Shown here: piece after piece, positions 63,862 through 64,000 of the stretch | Layout: every line of letters begins with the position of its first letter | How positions within the stretch are numbered: position 1 is the stretch's first letter | DNA from: Podarcis muralis | Taxonomy: Eukaryota | Length of the DNA: 64,000 bases | Reading direction: 5' to 3' | NCBI RefSeq assembly: GCF_964188315.1 | Contig: NC_135663.1 | Coordinates: 32,984,001-33,048,000 of the forward strand | Translations under genes and position numbers: made by a program | The notes under the pieces: model-generated | Seen by the model: the letters and a program-made list of their open reading frames with translations, nothing else | Told to the model about the DNA's origin: nothing | Databases searched by the model: none

Positions 63862-64000
63862 GCGTTGAGGGGAATAGCTTTCTGATGGTAAGAACGGTTC
63901 AACAGTGGAACAGACTCCCTTGGAAGGTGGTGGACTCTCCTTCACTGGAGGTTTTTAAGCGGAAGTTTGATGGCCTCCTGTCATGTATGAACTAGCTGAG
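63862..64000 (+). mobile_element. CR1 LINE ORF2 C-terminal fragment running off the window
   Basis: FLMVRTVQQWNRLPWKVVDSPSLEVFKRKFDGLLS is typical of the CR1 ORF2 end. Confidence 0.85.

Noticed and set aside
1-64000. CRISPR arrays, operons or other prokaryotic systems; mitochondrial or viral inserts
   Set aside because: The window is vertebrate intronic and intergenic DNA. I saw no regularly spaced repeat-spacer arrays, NUMT-like sequence or non-retroviral viral ORFs.

Overview
This is squamate genomic DNA, most likely from a lacertid lizard, judged from the mix of Sauria-SINE, Squam-type SINEs, BovB and CR1/L2/L1 repeats. The only host gene I can support is the 3' half of protocadherin-10 (PCDH10) on the + strand. 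It comprises the 306-nt penultimate coding exon (9258-9563, CM2 and WIRS motifs), a ~34-kb final intron, and the terminal exon (43536 onward, coding ...T-R-K-R-I-C-stop, then a probably long 3' UTR interrupted by an assembly gap). The preceding exon is not in the window. The rest is intronic or intergenic DNA dense in transposable elements: Tc1/mariner-type and hAT MITEs, tRNA- and 5S-derived SINEs, LINE fragments (several with clear target-site duplications) and a decayed antisense Ty3/Gypsy gag-pol relic. Nearly all ORF-track ORFs are spurious or TE-derived. I did not find convincing evidence for a new biological system. The best leads are possible alternative PCDH10 C-termini (tandem acceptor, intronic poly(A) site), the phase-symmetric CM2/WIRS exon, CpG-retaining TE-free blocks that may be conserved regulatory DNA, an inverted MIR pair, and nested TE histories. 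Family names and protein matches come from recall of consensus sequences, not from database searches.
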